A DNA stretch of 64,000 nucleotides, from assembly GCA_018664825.1 (NCBI GenBank), contig JABJNO010000017.1, positions 50,743 to 114,742 of the forward strand, read 5' to 3'. Under the pieces are notes generated by a model that had not been told where the DNA came from, ran no database searches, and saw only the letters and a list, made by a program, of their open reading frames with translations. The position numbers were made by a program, and so were the translations under genes. Positions 26,265 to 34,925 of the stretch are shown here, piece after piece (within the stretch, counting starts at the first letter, position 1; every line of letters begins with the position of its first letter). Source of the stretch: Candidatus Parcubacteria bacterium (GTDB taxonomy: Bacteria > Patescibacteriota > Patescibacteriia > UBA1558 > GWA2-36-10).

Positions 26265-27244
26265 TATATCAATTTTTTAACAGCTGATCTCATAGGTGGG
26301 ACAACCATTTTTCCCAAAGCACAAAAACTAGTATTTTCTAAAACAAATAATAAATCATCCAAAACTTTTTTGTCTATACTTCTATCACGGATCATTTGCA
26401 TCAAACGATAGGTGCCTTCTCTACAAGGAGTACATTTGTCGCAGTTTTCTTCCATAAAAAACTCCATTATCCGACGCATAAATGCATAAGGGTCGGTATT
26501 GTTTTTATCATAAATCACAATAGAACCACTACCAATCACTTGGTGGTGTAGTTCGTTTTGCAAGAGTACTTCTCCGCTAGCCCCGCCACCCATTTGAACA
26601 AAAAAATCAAAGTCAGGTATATTGCGAGTATTTTCCAGAATTCGATCTATTGGCCAATTGATGGGTAGTTCAAAAACACCTTTATTTTTTACTTTACCCA
26701 AGATAGTGATTAGTCGAGTTTTTTCATAATCATCATCAGCTATCTTGGCAGCATAGTAAAAAGTCTCAATATTATTTATCAAAGTTGGGAAACCATAGAC
26801 GCCAGCTTGTCCTGGGAACGGTGGTTTGATGCGCGGACGAGCTATTTTATTTTCTATTTCTTGGCAGACGGTGGTTTCTTCACCAGACAAATATCCTCCC
26901 CTTTCTTTGAATATAGTAATTGGTAATTTACCAATTAATTTTTGCAACTTGGATTGGTATTTTTTGAAGTAGTCTTTTCGTAAATATATTATAGCTTCAC
27001 TGTGGTCAATAGCTTTTAAAGCAAGCTTAAGGCCCTCGATCAACAATTCGGGGTGATTTTTGACTATCCAACCATCTTTATTGGTATCTGGTTCGCCTTC
27101 TGAGCCATTGGCCACTATGTATTTTTTGGTAGCTTTTTGGTCTTTGACCATTTGCCACTTTAAGTATGTAGGAAAATTTGCTCCTCCCCTACCTTTTAGC
27201 TCAGCCTTTTTTAATTTTTGTATTATATTTTTGTTTTTCACCAA
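26264..27244 (-). CDS. NuoF-like (HndC/HydB-type) NAD(P)H-binding flavoprotein subunit, compact form
   Basis: GRGGANFPTYLKW, GGYLSGEETT, CDKCTPCREGT; 326 aa; its stop overlaps the hydA start. Confidence 0.75.
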   Translation of the reverse strand: MVKNKNIIQKLKKAELKGRGGANFPTYLKWQMVKDQKATKKYIVANGSEGEPDTNKDGWIVKNHPELLIEGLKLALKAIDHSEAIIYLRKDYFKKYQSKLQKLIGKLPITIFKERGGYLSGEETTVCQEIENKIARPRIKPPFPGQAGVYGFPTLINNIETFYYAAKIADDDYEKTRLITILGKVKNKGVFELPINWPIDRILENTRNIPDFDFFVQMGGGASGEVLLQNELHHQVIGSGSIVIYDKNNTDPYAFMRRIMEFFMEENCDKCTPCREGTYRLMQMIRDRSIDKKVLDDLLFVLENTSFCALGKMVVPPMRSAVKKLI

Positions 27245-27333
27245 GGTGTCACTTATTTGATAACTATATAATTATACAATATTTTTGCAAAACAAACAAA
27301 AAACTGTCAAAGATTTTTTGACAGTTTAAATTT

Positions 27334-28050
27334 TTATTTTGCATTTATGATTTGTATTGTTGCGGTATAAAGACCACCAAGTAACGCACTGTGCTTTTTG
27401 ACCTCAGTCTCCATGGATTTAAAATAATTGGATCTAGTACCTTCTACCCTATCTGGTTCGGTATTTTCCTGGAATCTCATGTATAGAGAATTTATTTGAT
27501 TTTCTATTGTTTGTATTGCTACAGATGTACGCTCTCTTGTTGCTGTGTCTAATTTTGGTAAAATATCTTCTTTTAATCTAGTGATCAAATCTTGGCTTAA
27601 TTGAAATTCTTTTAATAAAGTAATTTTTAGGAGTTCTTTTTCAGCATATTCTTTATTTTCTTTTATTTTTTCTATGTCTTGCAGATTTGCCTGTTCAGTG
27701 GCGTCACCCAATATTTTTTCAACACTAACATAACGGTGTTCTTCTTTGGGACTAACAGCGGTAATCCCAATTTCAGCACGTTCATCTCGGCTGATTTTTT
27801 TTCTTTCGATTCTTGCTAGAGCCAAGTCACTAGTATTTTGAGTTTCTTTGATGTTTTGCAATCTTTTTTGGATAGCAGTAAGCAATACCTCTTTGTGAGG
27901 ATTTTGAGATTTATCAAGCTCAAGGTCTATCTGCATATCCATCAAGGCGCCTGGTTCTATACTGCGGTTGATGTTATCAATTTTATCTTGAATTTCAATC
28001 GGTATATCAGTGCTAGGTAGTATATTAAATTGTGTTATTTTTTCTGGCAT
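27334..28050 (-). CDS. Hypothetical coiled-coil protein
   Basis: 238 aa, charged and helical, no recognisable motif. Confidence 0.45.
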   Translation of the reverse strand: MPEKITQFNILPSTDIPIEIQDKIDNINRSIEPGALMDMQIDLELDKSQNPHKEVLLTAIQKRLQNIKETQNTSDLALARIERKKISRDERAEIGITAVSPKEEHRYVSVEKILGDATEQANLQDIEKIKENKEYAEKELLKITLLKEFQLSQDLITRLKEDILPKLDTATRERTSVAIQTIENQINSLYMRFQENTEPDRVEGTRSNYFKSMETEVKKHSALLGGLYTATIQIINAK

Positions 28051-28177
28051 AGACTTATTTTACTATATATTTTGTATTAAGTAAAAACCTCCTTTTTAGG
28101 TTTTATTCAGCTGGGAACAACTTTATGTATCTAAAACAATCAAAAAACATCATTATTTTGTATAAATGTAGCTATTA

Positions 28178-28209
28178 TTGACATAAATAGTGTTTTGAGA
28201 TAGGATAAT
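28178..28209 (+). promoter_or_regulatory. Sigma-70-like promoter candidate for the HD-domain gene
   Basis: TTGACA, a 17-nt spacer, then TAGGAT(AAT), about 45 nt upstream of the ATG at 28252. Confidence 0.3.
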
Positions 28210-28251
28210 TTATTAGTTCTAGATCTTTTAAAAACCTCGAAAGGAGTCAAA

Positions 28252-28890
28252 ATGACATATTCGGAGCGGGTCTTGGAGAAAATCAAGGAACATAAAGCCG
28301 GTTGTAATCTGGGTCATACGTCTATGGTTTTTTTAGCTTTAATAAGTGTTAATCATGTTCTGGTCAAAGTTCATTGTGAGCGAGTAGCTCTCTTGGCTGA
28401 GAACGCAGCACGAGTATTGGACCTAGATGTAAAAGCAGCTTTTTTTGCTGGATTACTACACGATATAGGTAAATTGACCTTGCCATCTGGTTTATTTGAT
28501 GATGGAGAAATTGATGCTGAAGAGTATCAACAAATCAAAACGCACGCTATTGCTGCTTACGAAATTTTGGATGATTTTCATCTTTTTATCGCTTTGTGTG
28601 CTGGATTGCATCATGCAGTTTATGAACATGGCTATGGCTTAACAACCGAAGAACTTCCAAAAAATTGGCCAGTAGAGCTCAAAAACAAAGTAATCCGAAT
28701 AGCCACTTTGGTATCAATTTGTGATTTTGTTGACGCTGCAAGTCATCGTAAATCAAGGTTTATTGAGGCAAGCTCTCTTAAGGTACGAAAAGAAGATAGC
28801 TCTTTACGAGATAAGTTGATTGAGCAATATCCCAACAAGGAAACAACAATAGATGCTGTTCTTGAAGCAAATCAAGAATTTGTTGCTTAA
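28252..28890 (+). CDS. HD-domain phosphohydrolase
   Basis: H...HDIGK...D metal-binding pattern (LLHDIGKL); GGAG RBS. Confidence 0.7.
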   Translation: MTYSERVLEKIKEHKAGCNLGHTSMVFLALISVNHVLVKVHCERVALLAENAARVLDLDVKAAFFAGLLHDIGKLTLPSGLFDDGEIDAEEYQQIKTHAIAAYEILDDFHLFIALCAGLHHAVYEHGYGLTTEELPKNWPVELKNKVIRIATLVSICDFVDAASHRKSRFIEASSLKVRKEDSSLRDKLIEQYPNKETTIDAVLEANQEFVA

Positions 28891-28896
28891 ATCAAA

Positions 28897-28931
28897 ACAC
28901 CGTCGTGTAAATACACGACGGTTTTTATTTT
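28897..28931 (+). terminator. Rho-independent terminator
   Basis: accgtcgtgtaaatacacgacggt followed by tttttatttt. Confidence 0.65.
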
Positions 28932-29120
28932 ATAAAAAAAGCGAGCTTTATTGCTCGTTTTTATTTGGCTCGGGGCGCGGTCTATAGCTTACTTGGTCGC
29001 AGACCATGAGCGAGCAAAGCGAGTTGAATGGCTCGGGGCGCTGAGCTATTGCTCAGCATCTTAGGAGCCTCGTCTTTGACTCGGATTTATTGACCCGAGC
29101 CTGCGTTCACTACGTTCTCT

Positions 29121-29194
29121 TGGCTCGGGGACAGGGAGTCGAACCCCGATTCTCAGGACCAGAACCTGATGTCCTACCATTAGACGATCCCCGA
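29121..29194 (-). tRNA. tRNA-Gln (anticodon CTG), CCA encoded
   Basis: Minus-strand sequence TCGGGGA..TCAGG-TTCTGGT-CCTGA..CGGGGTTCGACTCCCTG-TCCCCGA-G-CCA. It has a 7-bp acceptor stem, a GGTTCGACTCC T-arm and an anticodon loop UUCUGGU. Confidence 0.85.
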
Positions 29195-29205
29195 ATAAGT
29201 ATAAT

Positions 29206-30720
29206 TTATACTATCTCACCGCCAAAGGTATCAAGAACATCAGTAACCTCTTTATCATTTTTACCCTTAAAAACTTCGTGATTTTCTTTGTAGTTGGCGT
29301 CAATTTGAAAATTGATATTTAGTTTTTTGTCCAAATATTTTTCAAATATCTCAGTCAGATTACTTTTGACCTGTGGTTTGTCCAATTGTTCAATATGAAA
29401 TGCATACTCCAAACCAATCATAATACTTTCATTGTCTACAGACAAAGGATGTCCAGTCAATAATATAGAAGATAAAGAGTGGTTTAGTGGTTTTGAATCA
29501 TTGATTATATTACTCCAGTTTTTTTCTAATTTTTTTATAGCTTCACTGGAATTGTCAGTAGCTGTTTTTGATTGTTCGGGACTAGCATCTGATTGAGTTG
29601 GTTTTGTTTCTTGGATACCAGATTTTGTTTCTTTATTCAACAAAAATTCTACACAAGCCAATTCTAGTGGTAGTTGATCAATAAGAGAATCTTTGATTGA
29701 CAATTTTTCCAACAAAATATTCAAAAGTCTAGATAAGTCACTAAGCGGAAATTCAGCTGCGTGTTTTTTGATAGAAACAACCAAGTCTTCAGAAAAATCC
29801 AAGTTAAAAGATGGTCCAATTGTCTGATAAAGCATTATCTGCCGTAAGTAATCAATCAAATTAACAGTAAAATTTTGCAAATCAATACCTTCGGAAACAA
29901 GCTTATTTAGTTGATTTAGGGCAGTAGATAGATTGTTGTGGCGTAAAGACTCTACCAGTATATCGATTTCTCCCCAGTTGCTGCTAGGTAGTACCAAAGA
30001 AGCTAGTTCATCTGTCACTTTGTCAGTACCCAAAGATATAATCTGACCCAACAATGACTCGGCATCACGGAGACATCCTTCTGAACGACGAGAGATCTCG
30101 GCCAATAGATAATCCGGTACGGTTATTTTTTCCCATTCTATGATTTCACTAAGACGTTTGATCATATCAACTTGAGGAATTTTTTTGAGGTCAAATCTTT
30201 GGCAACGAGAGATTATTGTCTCGGGCACTTTGTGTATCTCAGTAGTAGCTAATATAAATATCACAGATTTTGGTGGCTCTTCTAGGGTTTTTAGGAGTGC
30301 ATTGAAGGCAGACTTGGAGAGCATGTGGACTTCATCGATAATAAAAACTTTGTAGCCCTTGTTGTTGAATGGGGGCACTTGAGCGTTGGCAATAATATTT
30401 TCTCGAATATTATCAACACCAGTATGGGATGCGGCATCTACTTCTATAAAATCCATACTACGTCCAGAACTAATCAAATTACAAATCTCACAATCATTAC
30501 AAGGTTCTGATTCTTTATCTTTTCTTTTTAAACAATTTAAAGAACGGGCAAACAATCTTGCTAGCGTTGTCTTACCCGTACCACGTGGACCTACAAAAAG
30601 ATATGCGTGAGCGATATTACCAGAGGCTATTTCGCTTTGCAGGGTTACCTTGATAGGCTTTTGACCAACCACTTCTTTAAAAGTTTTTGGTCTATACTTA
30701 CGATAAATTACTTCGGACAT
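29206..30720 (-). CDS. dnaX: DNA polymerase III subunit gamma/tau
   Basis: YRPKTFKEVVGQ...GPRGTGKTT, an AAA+ clamp-loader N-terminus and a zinc module CNDCEIC. Confidence 0.9.
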   Translation of the reverse strand: MSEVIYRKYRPKTFKEVVGQKPIKVTLQSEIASGNIAHAYLFVGPRGTGKTTLARLFARSLNCLKRKDKESEPCNDCEICNLISSGRSMDFIEVDAASHTGVDNIRENIIANAQVPPFNNKGYKVFIIDEVHMLSKSAFNALLKTLEEPPKSVIFILATTEIHKVPETIISRCQRFDLKKIPQVDMIKRLSEIIEWEKITVPDYLLAEISRRSEGCLRDAESLLGQIISLGTDKVTDELASLVLPSSNWGEIDILVESLRHNNLSTALNQLNKLVSEGIDLQNFTVNLIDYLRQIMLYQTIGPSFNLDFSEDLVVSIKKHAAEFPLSDLSRLLNILLEKLSIKDSLIDQLPLELACVEFLLNKETKSGIQETKPTQSDASPEQSKTATDNSSEAIKKLEKNWSNIINDSKPLNHSLSSILLTGHPLSVDNESIMIGLEYAFHIEQLDKPQVKSNLTEIFEKYLDKKLNINFQIDANYKENHEVFKGKNDKEVTDVLDTFGGEIV

Positions 30721-30726
30721 GAATTT

Positions 30727-31314
30727 TTATAAGGTAATCTCGAAATCATCAGCAGAAGACTGTGATGAGCCATTTTTGTTTTTGATAATATTTTCAATTG
30801 CCGCCCACTCACAAGAGGCTTCTTTGGCTACTAGTATCACAGCTTCGTCGGCAACCTCACCCTTAAAATATGTAACACTTGCTAATAAAACTTTATACAC
30901 TTTATCACCAGCCAAAACTATAAATTCTCCGCTTTCATGATCTTTGACAATATGCCCAACCAAACGTTGTCGGTCAACTGGGGAAATCTGCTTAAAGATA
31001 AATGAACCGTCAGGCTCAATAGTAAGTTTTAATATATCTCCTTCTACCAATTTTGATTTGGAAGCATAGTTGGCTGGTACAGAATATTCTTTGCCATCTG
31101 GTCCGATCATAATTTGACCATTGAACACACCTTCAACAATAACACTATTTCCAATGTTTTCTTCAGAACCTACCCTACCAGCTGTTTTTAGATGATCGGC
31201 ATTATTTTGTTTTTTACCAGAAATTTCATTTAGGATTGTTTTACTACGTTGTAGGTCCAATTCCAAATTATATATAACAGATTCTAACTCTTTTATTTTT
31301 TCTTTTTTTGACAT
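30727..31314 (-). CDS. Hypothetical protein (beta-rich, two-domain)
   Basis: 195 aa; no family recognised; sits 6 nt upstream of dnaX. Confidence 0.45.
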   Translation of the reverse strand: MSKKEKIKELESVIYNLELDLQRSKTILNEISGKKQNNADHLKTAGRVGSEENIGNSVIVEGVFNGQIMIGPDGKEYSVPANYASKSKLVEGDILKLTIEPDGSFIFKQISPVDRQRLVGHIVKDHESGEFIVLAGDKVYKVLLASVTYFKGEVADEAVILVAKEASCEWAAIENIIKNKNGSSQSSADDFEITL

Positions 31315-31355
31315 TTTTATTTTTGTTTATTTCTGCGCTCATTTGTAATTTATCA

Positions 31356-31392
31356 TAAAAGCCCTATTTTGGCAATCAGGGCTTTTTATACT
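31356..31392. terminator. Bidirectional terminator hairpin
   Basis: aaagccctattttggcaatcagggcttt followed by a T-run. Confidence 0.55.
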
Positions 31393-31411
31393 AATTTTAG
31401 CTAAAAAATTC

Positions 31412-33859
31412 TTATATTATTACCCTTTGATCTACCTCTGCCTCGACTACTTTTCTATCCCGTCCATATTTAATACGAGAAAGCTCTTTGATGGCCATAG
31501 CTAGCTCATAATTGCCCTTTTCAGGCAACTGGGGTTGGAAGTTAAAGGCGGGTGGATTGGCGTTGTCTATCAATAATTTTATATAACAAGTGTACTTTGG
31601 CATATTGATCAAGTCATATTCAGAGACCACTGGAGCCATTTGTTTGGCTATGACCTCAGCATCTTCTACACCAATACGATATGAAATCAAAGTACCAACA
31701 TTACCAAAGATAGAATCTTTGATGCTGGTATCCCCTCCTTGAGTAAGTTGGGCAATGTACTGATGAGCAACTATAAGATTTAGTTTGTACTTTCGAGCTT
31801 CTGACAAAATACTAGCAATACTATCTGTCATAAAGTTTTGAAACTCATCGATATATAAATAAAAATCCTCACGTTGGTCTTCTTCTATGTCTACTCGACT
31901 CATAGCAGCAAACAATAATTTTCCGATTACAATCATACCAAGTAGGTTGCTATTCATTTCACCGATTTTACCCTTGGAAAGATTCAACAATATAATTTTG
32001 TTTTCATCCATGGCTTGGCGAAAATTGAAAGCAGATTTTTCTTGGGCAATAATAGGTCTGACCAAATCATTTGAGATAAAAGGAGTAAGTTTTGAGGTAA
32101 TATAAGGTACCATGTTGGCAAGAGATGCTTCACCGCCGGCTTTTTGAGCTTCTTTTTCCCAAAAGTCTTTGACGAATCTATTTTTTACTTTTGAGAGTTT
32201 ATATTTTCGGTAGTCATCATCAGCAAGTACTTTTGGAATCTCTAGCAAGGTAGCTCCACTTTCTTTGTCATCCATGATAAGCATCATGGCATTTCTCATA
32301 TATTGCTCAAACATCGGACCACCCGTAGCTTTGAGGTCGTAGAGTTTATCAAAAATATTTAATATCTCATTGATAACAAAAACCTTTTGTTCATCATTGT
32401 CATATTCGAGCATATTCATACCCAATGGTCTTTCAGCATCAGAAGGATCAAACAAAATTACATCCTCTGCCCTTTCTTTTGGTACATGGGTCAATGCCTT
32501 TTCTACCAAATCACCATGAGGATCAACCACGCAGACTCCTTTGCCAGCTTCAATGTCTTGTTTGATGAGCCCTTCCAAAAATACAGACTTACCAGTACCA
32601 GTTTGACCAATTTCGTACATATGACGACGACGGTCTGCTGGTTTCATACGTACTAGGGTTTCTTTGCCACGATAGCTATTTACACCCAAAATAATACCAT
32701 CTTCAGACATATTGTTTGGTGGCGGAGCTTTGACGGCTTCTAACCAGTCTATGTTTGGGGTTTCGGTAGTAGGTAATGGTAGATGCATGACACTGGTCAT
32801 TTCTTCGGAATTTAGCAACAACATATTTTTTGGTATGTAGTGTCGATAGATAAAATGATGTATCAAAGTATCTGGTTTTTTTGGAATAATAGCTTTAAAA
32901 CTATTACCAAATTCATAAATATTGTATTGACTATAACTATTTAATATATCGTTTAAAATAGCACTTGAACGGACCATTTCTTTTGTAGAAACAACAATCC
33001 TAGCATTTACCTCTAGGCCTGATTTTGAGGTTTTTTCTTCTAGGCCCTTGGCACGCTCTTGTTCCATACTCGACAATGGTTGGTGTGCTTCAGGAGTTGT
33101 TGAATCTTTATCACCTTGAGTTTGTACAAAACTAAATATAAAACCAAAAACTTTGCCTGCGGCAGCTAGTCCTCCGGTGCCTCCTGCTTTGTTTAGGGCC
33201 TTTTTATAAGTCATGCCACTTTGCATTTCAGTGGCAATCTTACGTCCTCTTTTGTGCCATTTTTTAGGAGCTGATCGGAAAACATACTGTACAGCAGCGG
33301 ATTCATTTTCGGTCAGCTTACTCATGCTATTGGTGATACTTTCTAGTGGATCAGTTTCAAATTGTTTGAAGGTTTTTATGGGTAAGCTAGCATCTCCGGT
33401 AAAACGTAAATGACCAGCGGCTATCTGGCTATCATTTTGAAAAATATTGTAATCACGCATATCCTCAAAGTATATTTTGGGATATACAGCCTGGAGTTGT
33501 TGAATAAAAAACTCTTTGTATATTTTTGGGATAGCGGCATAAAAGTTTATCAAGCCATTGACCGATACTATTTCTAGAGAAAAAACATCAGTCCTAGGAG
33601 CTAGGAATTTTTTATCTACTTTTAGGCCAGCCAAAGACATAAAAAGATTTTCTATTTTACCAAGAGCATTTTGAATATACTCTTTGGTCAACTCTTCTTT
33701 TTCTTGTTTGGTATACTTGGGGATTTTTATCAAAATGACCTCAAGTTCCAAATCCTTATTGGCTTTGGTTTGTAAGTTTGAGCGAACCAAATATAAAGCT
33801 AATGCTATGACAAAAGCAAGTCCTATAACGCCCCCAATTATAATAACTGTTGTGTCCAT
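31412..33859 (-). CDS. Fused membrane N-domain plus FtsK/HerA-superfamily ATPase (VirB4/TraC-like architecture); paralog of the split pair at 9842-13357
   Basis: 815 aa with an N-terminal transmembrane helix. Walker A near residue 425 (RRRHMYEIGQTGTGKSVF...GKGVCVVDPHGDL), Walker B DFYLYIDEFQNF, and ARKYKLNLIVAHQYIAQL. Confidence 0.7.
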   Translation of the reverse strand: MDTTVIIIGGVIGLAFVIALALYLVRSNLQTKANKDLELEVILIKIPKYTKQEKEELTKEYIQNALGKIENLFMSLAGLKVDKKFLAPRTDVFSLEIVSVNGLINFYAAIPKIYKEFFIQQLQAVYPKIYFEDMRDYNIFQNDSQIAAGHLRFTGDASLPIKTFKQFETDPLESITNSMSKLTENESAAVQYVFRSAPKKWHKRGRKIATEMQSGMTYKKALNKAGGTGGLAAAGKVFGFIFSFVQTQGDKDSTTPEAHQPLSSMEQERAKGLEEKTSKSGLEVNARIVVSTKEMVRSSAILNDILNSYSQYNIYEFGNSFKAIIPKKPDTLIHHFIYRHYIPKNMLLLNSEEMTSVMHLPLPTTETPNIDWLEAVKAPPPNNMSEDGIILGVNSYRGKETLVRMKPADRRRHMYEIGQTGTGKSVFLEGLIKQDIEAGKGVCVVDPHGDLVEKALTHVPKERAEDVILFDPSDAERPLGMNMLEYDNDEQKVFVINEILNIFDKLYDLKATGGPMFEQYMRNAMMLIMDDKESGATLLEIPKVLADDDYRKYKLSKVKNRFVKDFWEKEAQKAGGEASLANMVPYITSKLTPFISNDLVRPIIAQEKSAFNFRQAMDENKIILLNLSKGKIGEMNSNLLGMIVIGKLLFAAMSRVDIEEDQREDFYLYIDEFQNFMTDSIASILSEARKYKLNLIVAHQYIAQLTQGGDTSIKDSIFGNVGTLISYRIGVEDAEVIAKQMAPVVSEYDLINMPKYTCYIKLLIDNANPPAFNFQPQLPEKGNYELAMAIKELSRIKYGRDRKVVEAEVDQRVII

Positions 33860-33864
33860 GGTAG

Positions 33865-34356
33865 TTATTCTTTTTTATACATTTTCAATATAGCCTCCGC
33901 CTTTATTTTGGCTTCTTGCTCTATATAAAATTTATTTACTCTTGGGATTATCTTTAGCCAGTCAAAAATCAAAATAATCACTTGTTTTACTTTGACACCA
34001 GTCTGACGCATTAAAATTGCAATTTTTTGACTAGTTTCCTCCCCTTTTATTTTGAATTGTGCCTGAGTAGCAGCATCCATGGTCAAAAAAGCATTTTCCA
34101 TATCTTGTGATAAAACGCTCTCTATATTTTTTACTTCACCTGGATCAGCTGGTTGAGGAACTGGTTGAGCATCAACTGGAGCGGCAGGCAAGGGAGCTGG
34201 TTGAGGAGTTTGAGAGACCTCTTCAGCGACTTGTTCGGGAGTTACCTCTGGCTTTTGCTCTACACTAGGCTCTATTTGCTCAGCTTGAGGAACCGGGGTT
34301 TCTGGTACCGCGGGTTTGTCTGGGGTTATATTTGGTGTGTTTGTTAAATCTGGCAT
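33865..34356 (-). CDS. Pro/Glu-rich hypothetical protein, operon partner of the fused ATPase
   Basis: PxxP-rich N-terminal half and a helical C-terminus; its stop is 6 nt before the ATPase start. Confidence 0.45.
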   Translation of the reverse strand: MPDLTNTPNITPDKPAVPETPVPQAEQIEPSVEQKPEVTPEQVAEEVSQTPQPAPLPAAPVDAQPVPQPADPGEVKNIESVLSQDMENAFLTMDAATQAQFKIKGEETSQKIAILMRQTGVKVKQVIILIFDWLKIIPRVNKFYIEQEAKIKAEAILKMYKKE

Positions 34357-34382
34357 GAATATATTATAGCAGATTTAGGTAT

Positions 34383-34844
34383 TTATTGTAAGTTATTTTT
34401 TATAACTTTAAAAACTTTATTTCTATCTTTGATTCCAAACAAATATATTTTTTTATTATCTATCATCAAATAAATGCTGTCGTTATTGTGTTTTGCTATT
34501 TTTTCTATTCTATCCAAATCAAAGGATACGAGTTGTAAAAACTTATTTTCATCGCTTGCTTTGAGAAAGATAATACGCTGATCCGTTAGTAGATAAAAAT
34601 TGCCCTTGGTCAAGAGGAATTTTAGCAAAGTAAACAACAAAAATAATGTCCAGGCACACCATAACCAAAATCCTTGGTGCCCTGCCTGCCAAATAGGCCA
34701 CAGCATAAAAAAAGTAAGCACCAATAAAGACAAAACAAAGTAAATCCTTGGTGCTCTAGCCTTTGGTGTTATCAACAAAGTTAGCTCTTCCGTATTTTTA
34801 ATAAATTTGTTAAACTTATCCATAGTATGAATAGAAAAACCCAA
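34383..34844 (-). CDS. Membrane protein with a bacterial PH-like (bPH) domain
   Basis: Two transmembrane helices followed by YLLTDQRIIF-type strands. Confidence 0.4.
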   Translation of the reverse strand: MGFSIHTMDKFNKFIKNTEELTLLITPKARAPRIYFVLSLLVLTFFMLWPIWQAGHQGFWLWCAWTLFLLFTLLKFLLTKGNFYLLTDQRIIFLKASDENKFLQLVSFDLDRIEKIAKHNNDSIYLMIDNKKIYLFGIKDRNKVFKVIKNNLQ

Positions 34845-34925
34845 AAAATAGTCTGGATTATATTGTCATCATTTATTATCTTATCAATGTTGCTTTTTAC
34901 TATAGGAGTTGGCTACAATTACTAG

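Noticed and set aside
26264-27244. A complete NADH:quinone oxidoreductase NuoF, implying respiratory complex I
   Set aside because: The protein has only 326 aa, is translationally coupled to hydA, and no other nuo genes are in the window, so it is interpreted as a hydrogenase diaphorase subunit.
29090-29281. 63-aa plus-strand ORF
   Set aside because: It overlaps the tRNA-Gln gene and the dnaX 3' end and is an artefact of the GC-rich tRNA sequence.
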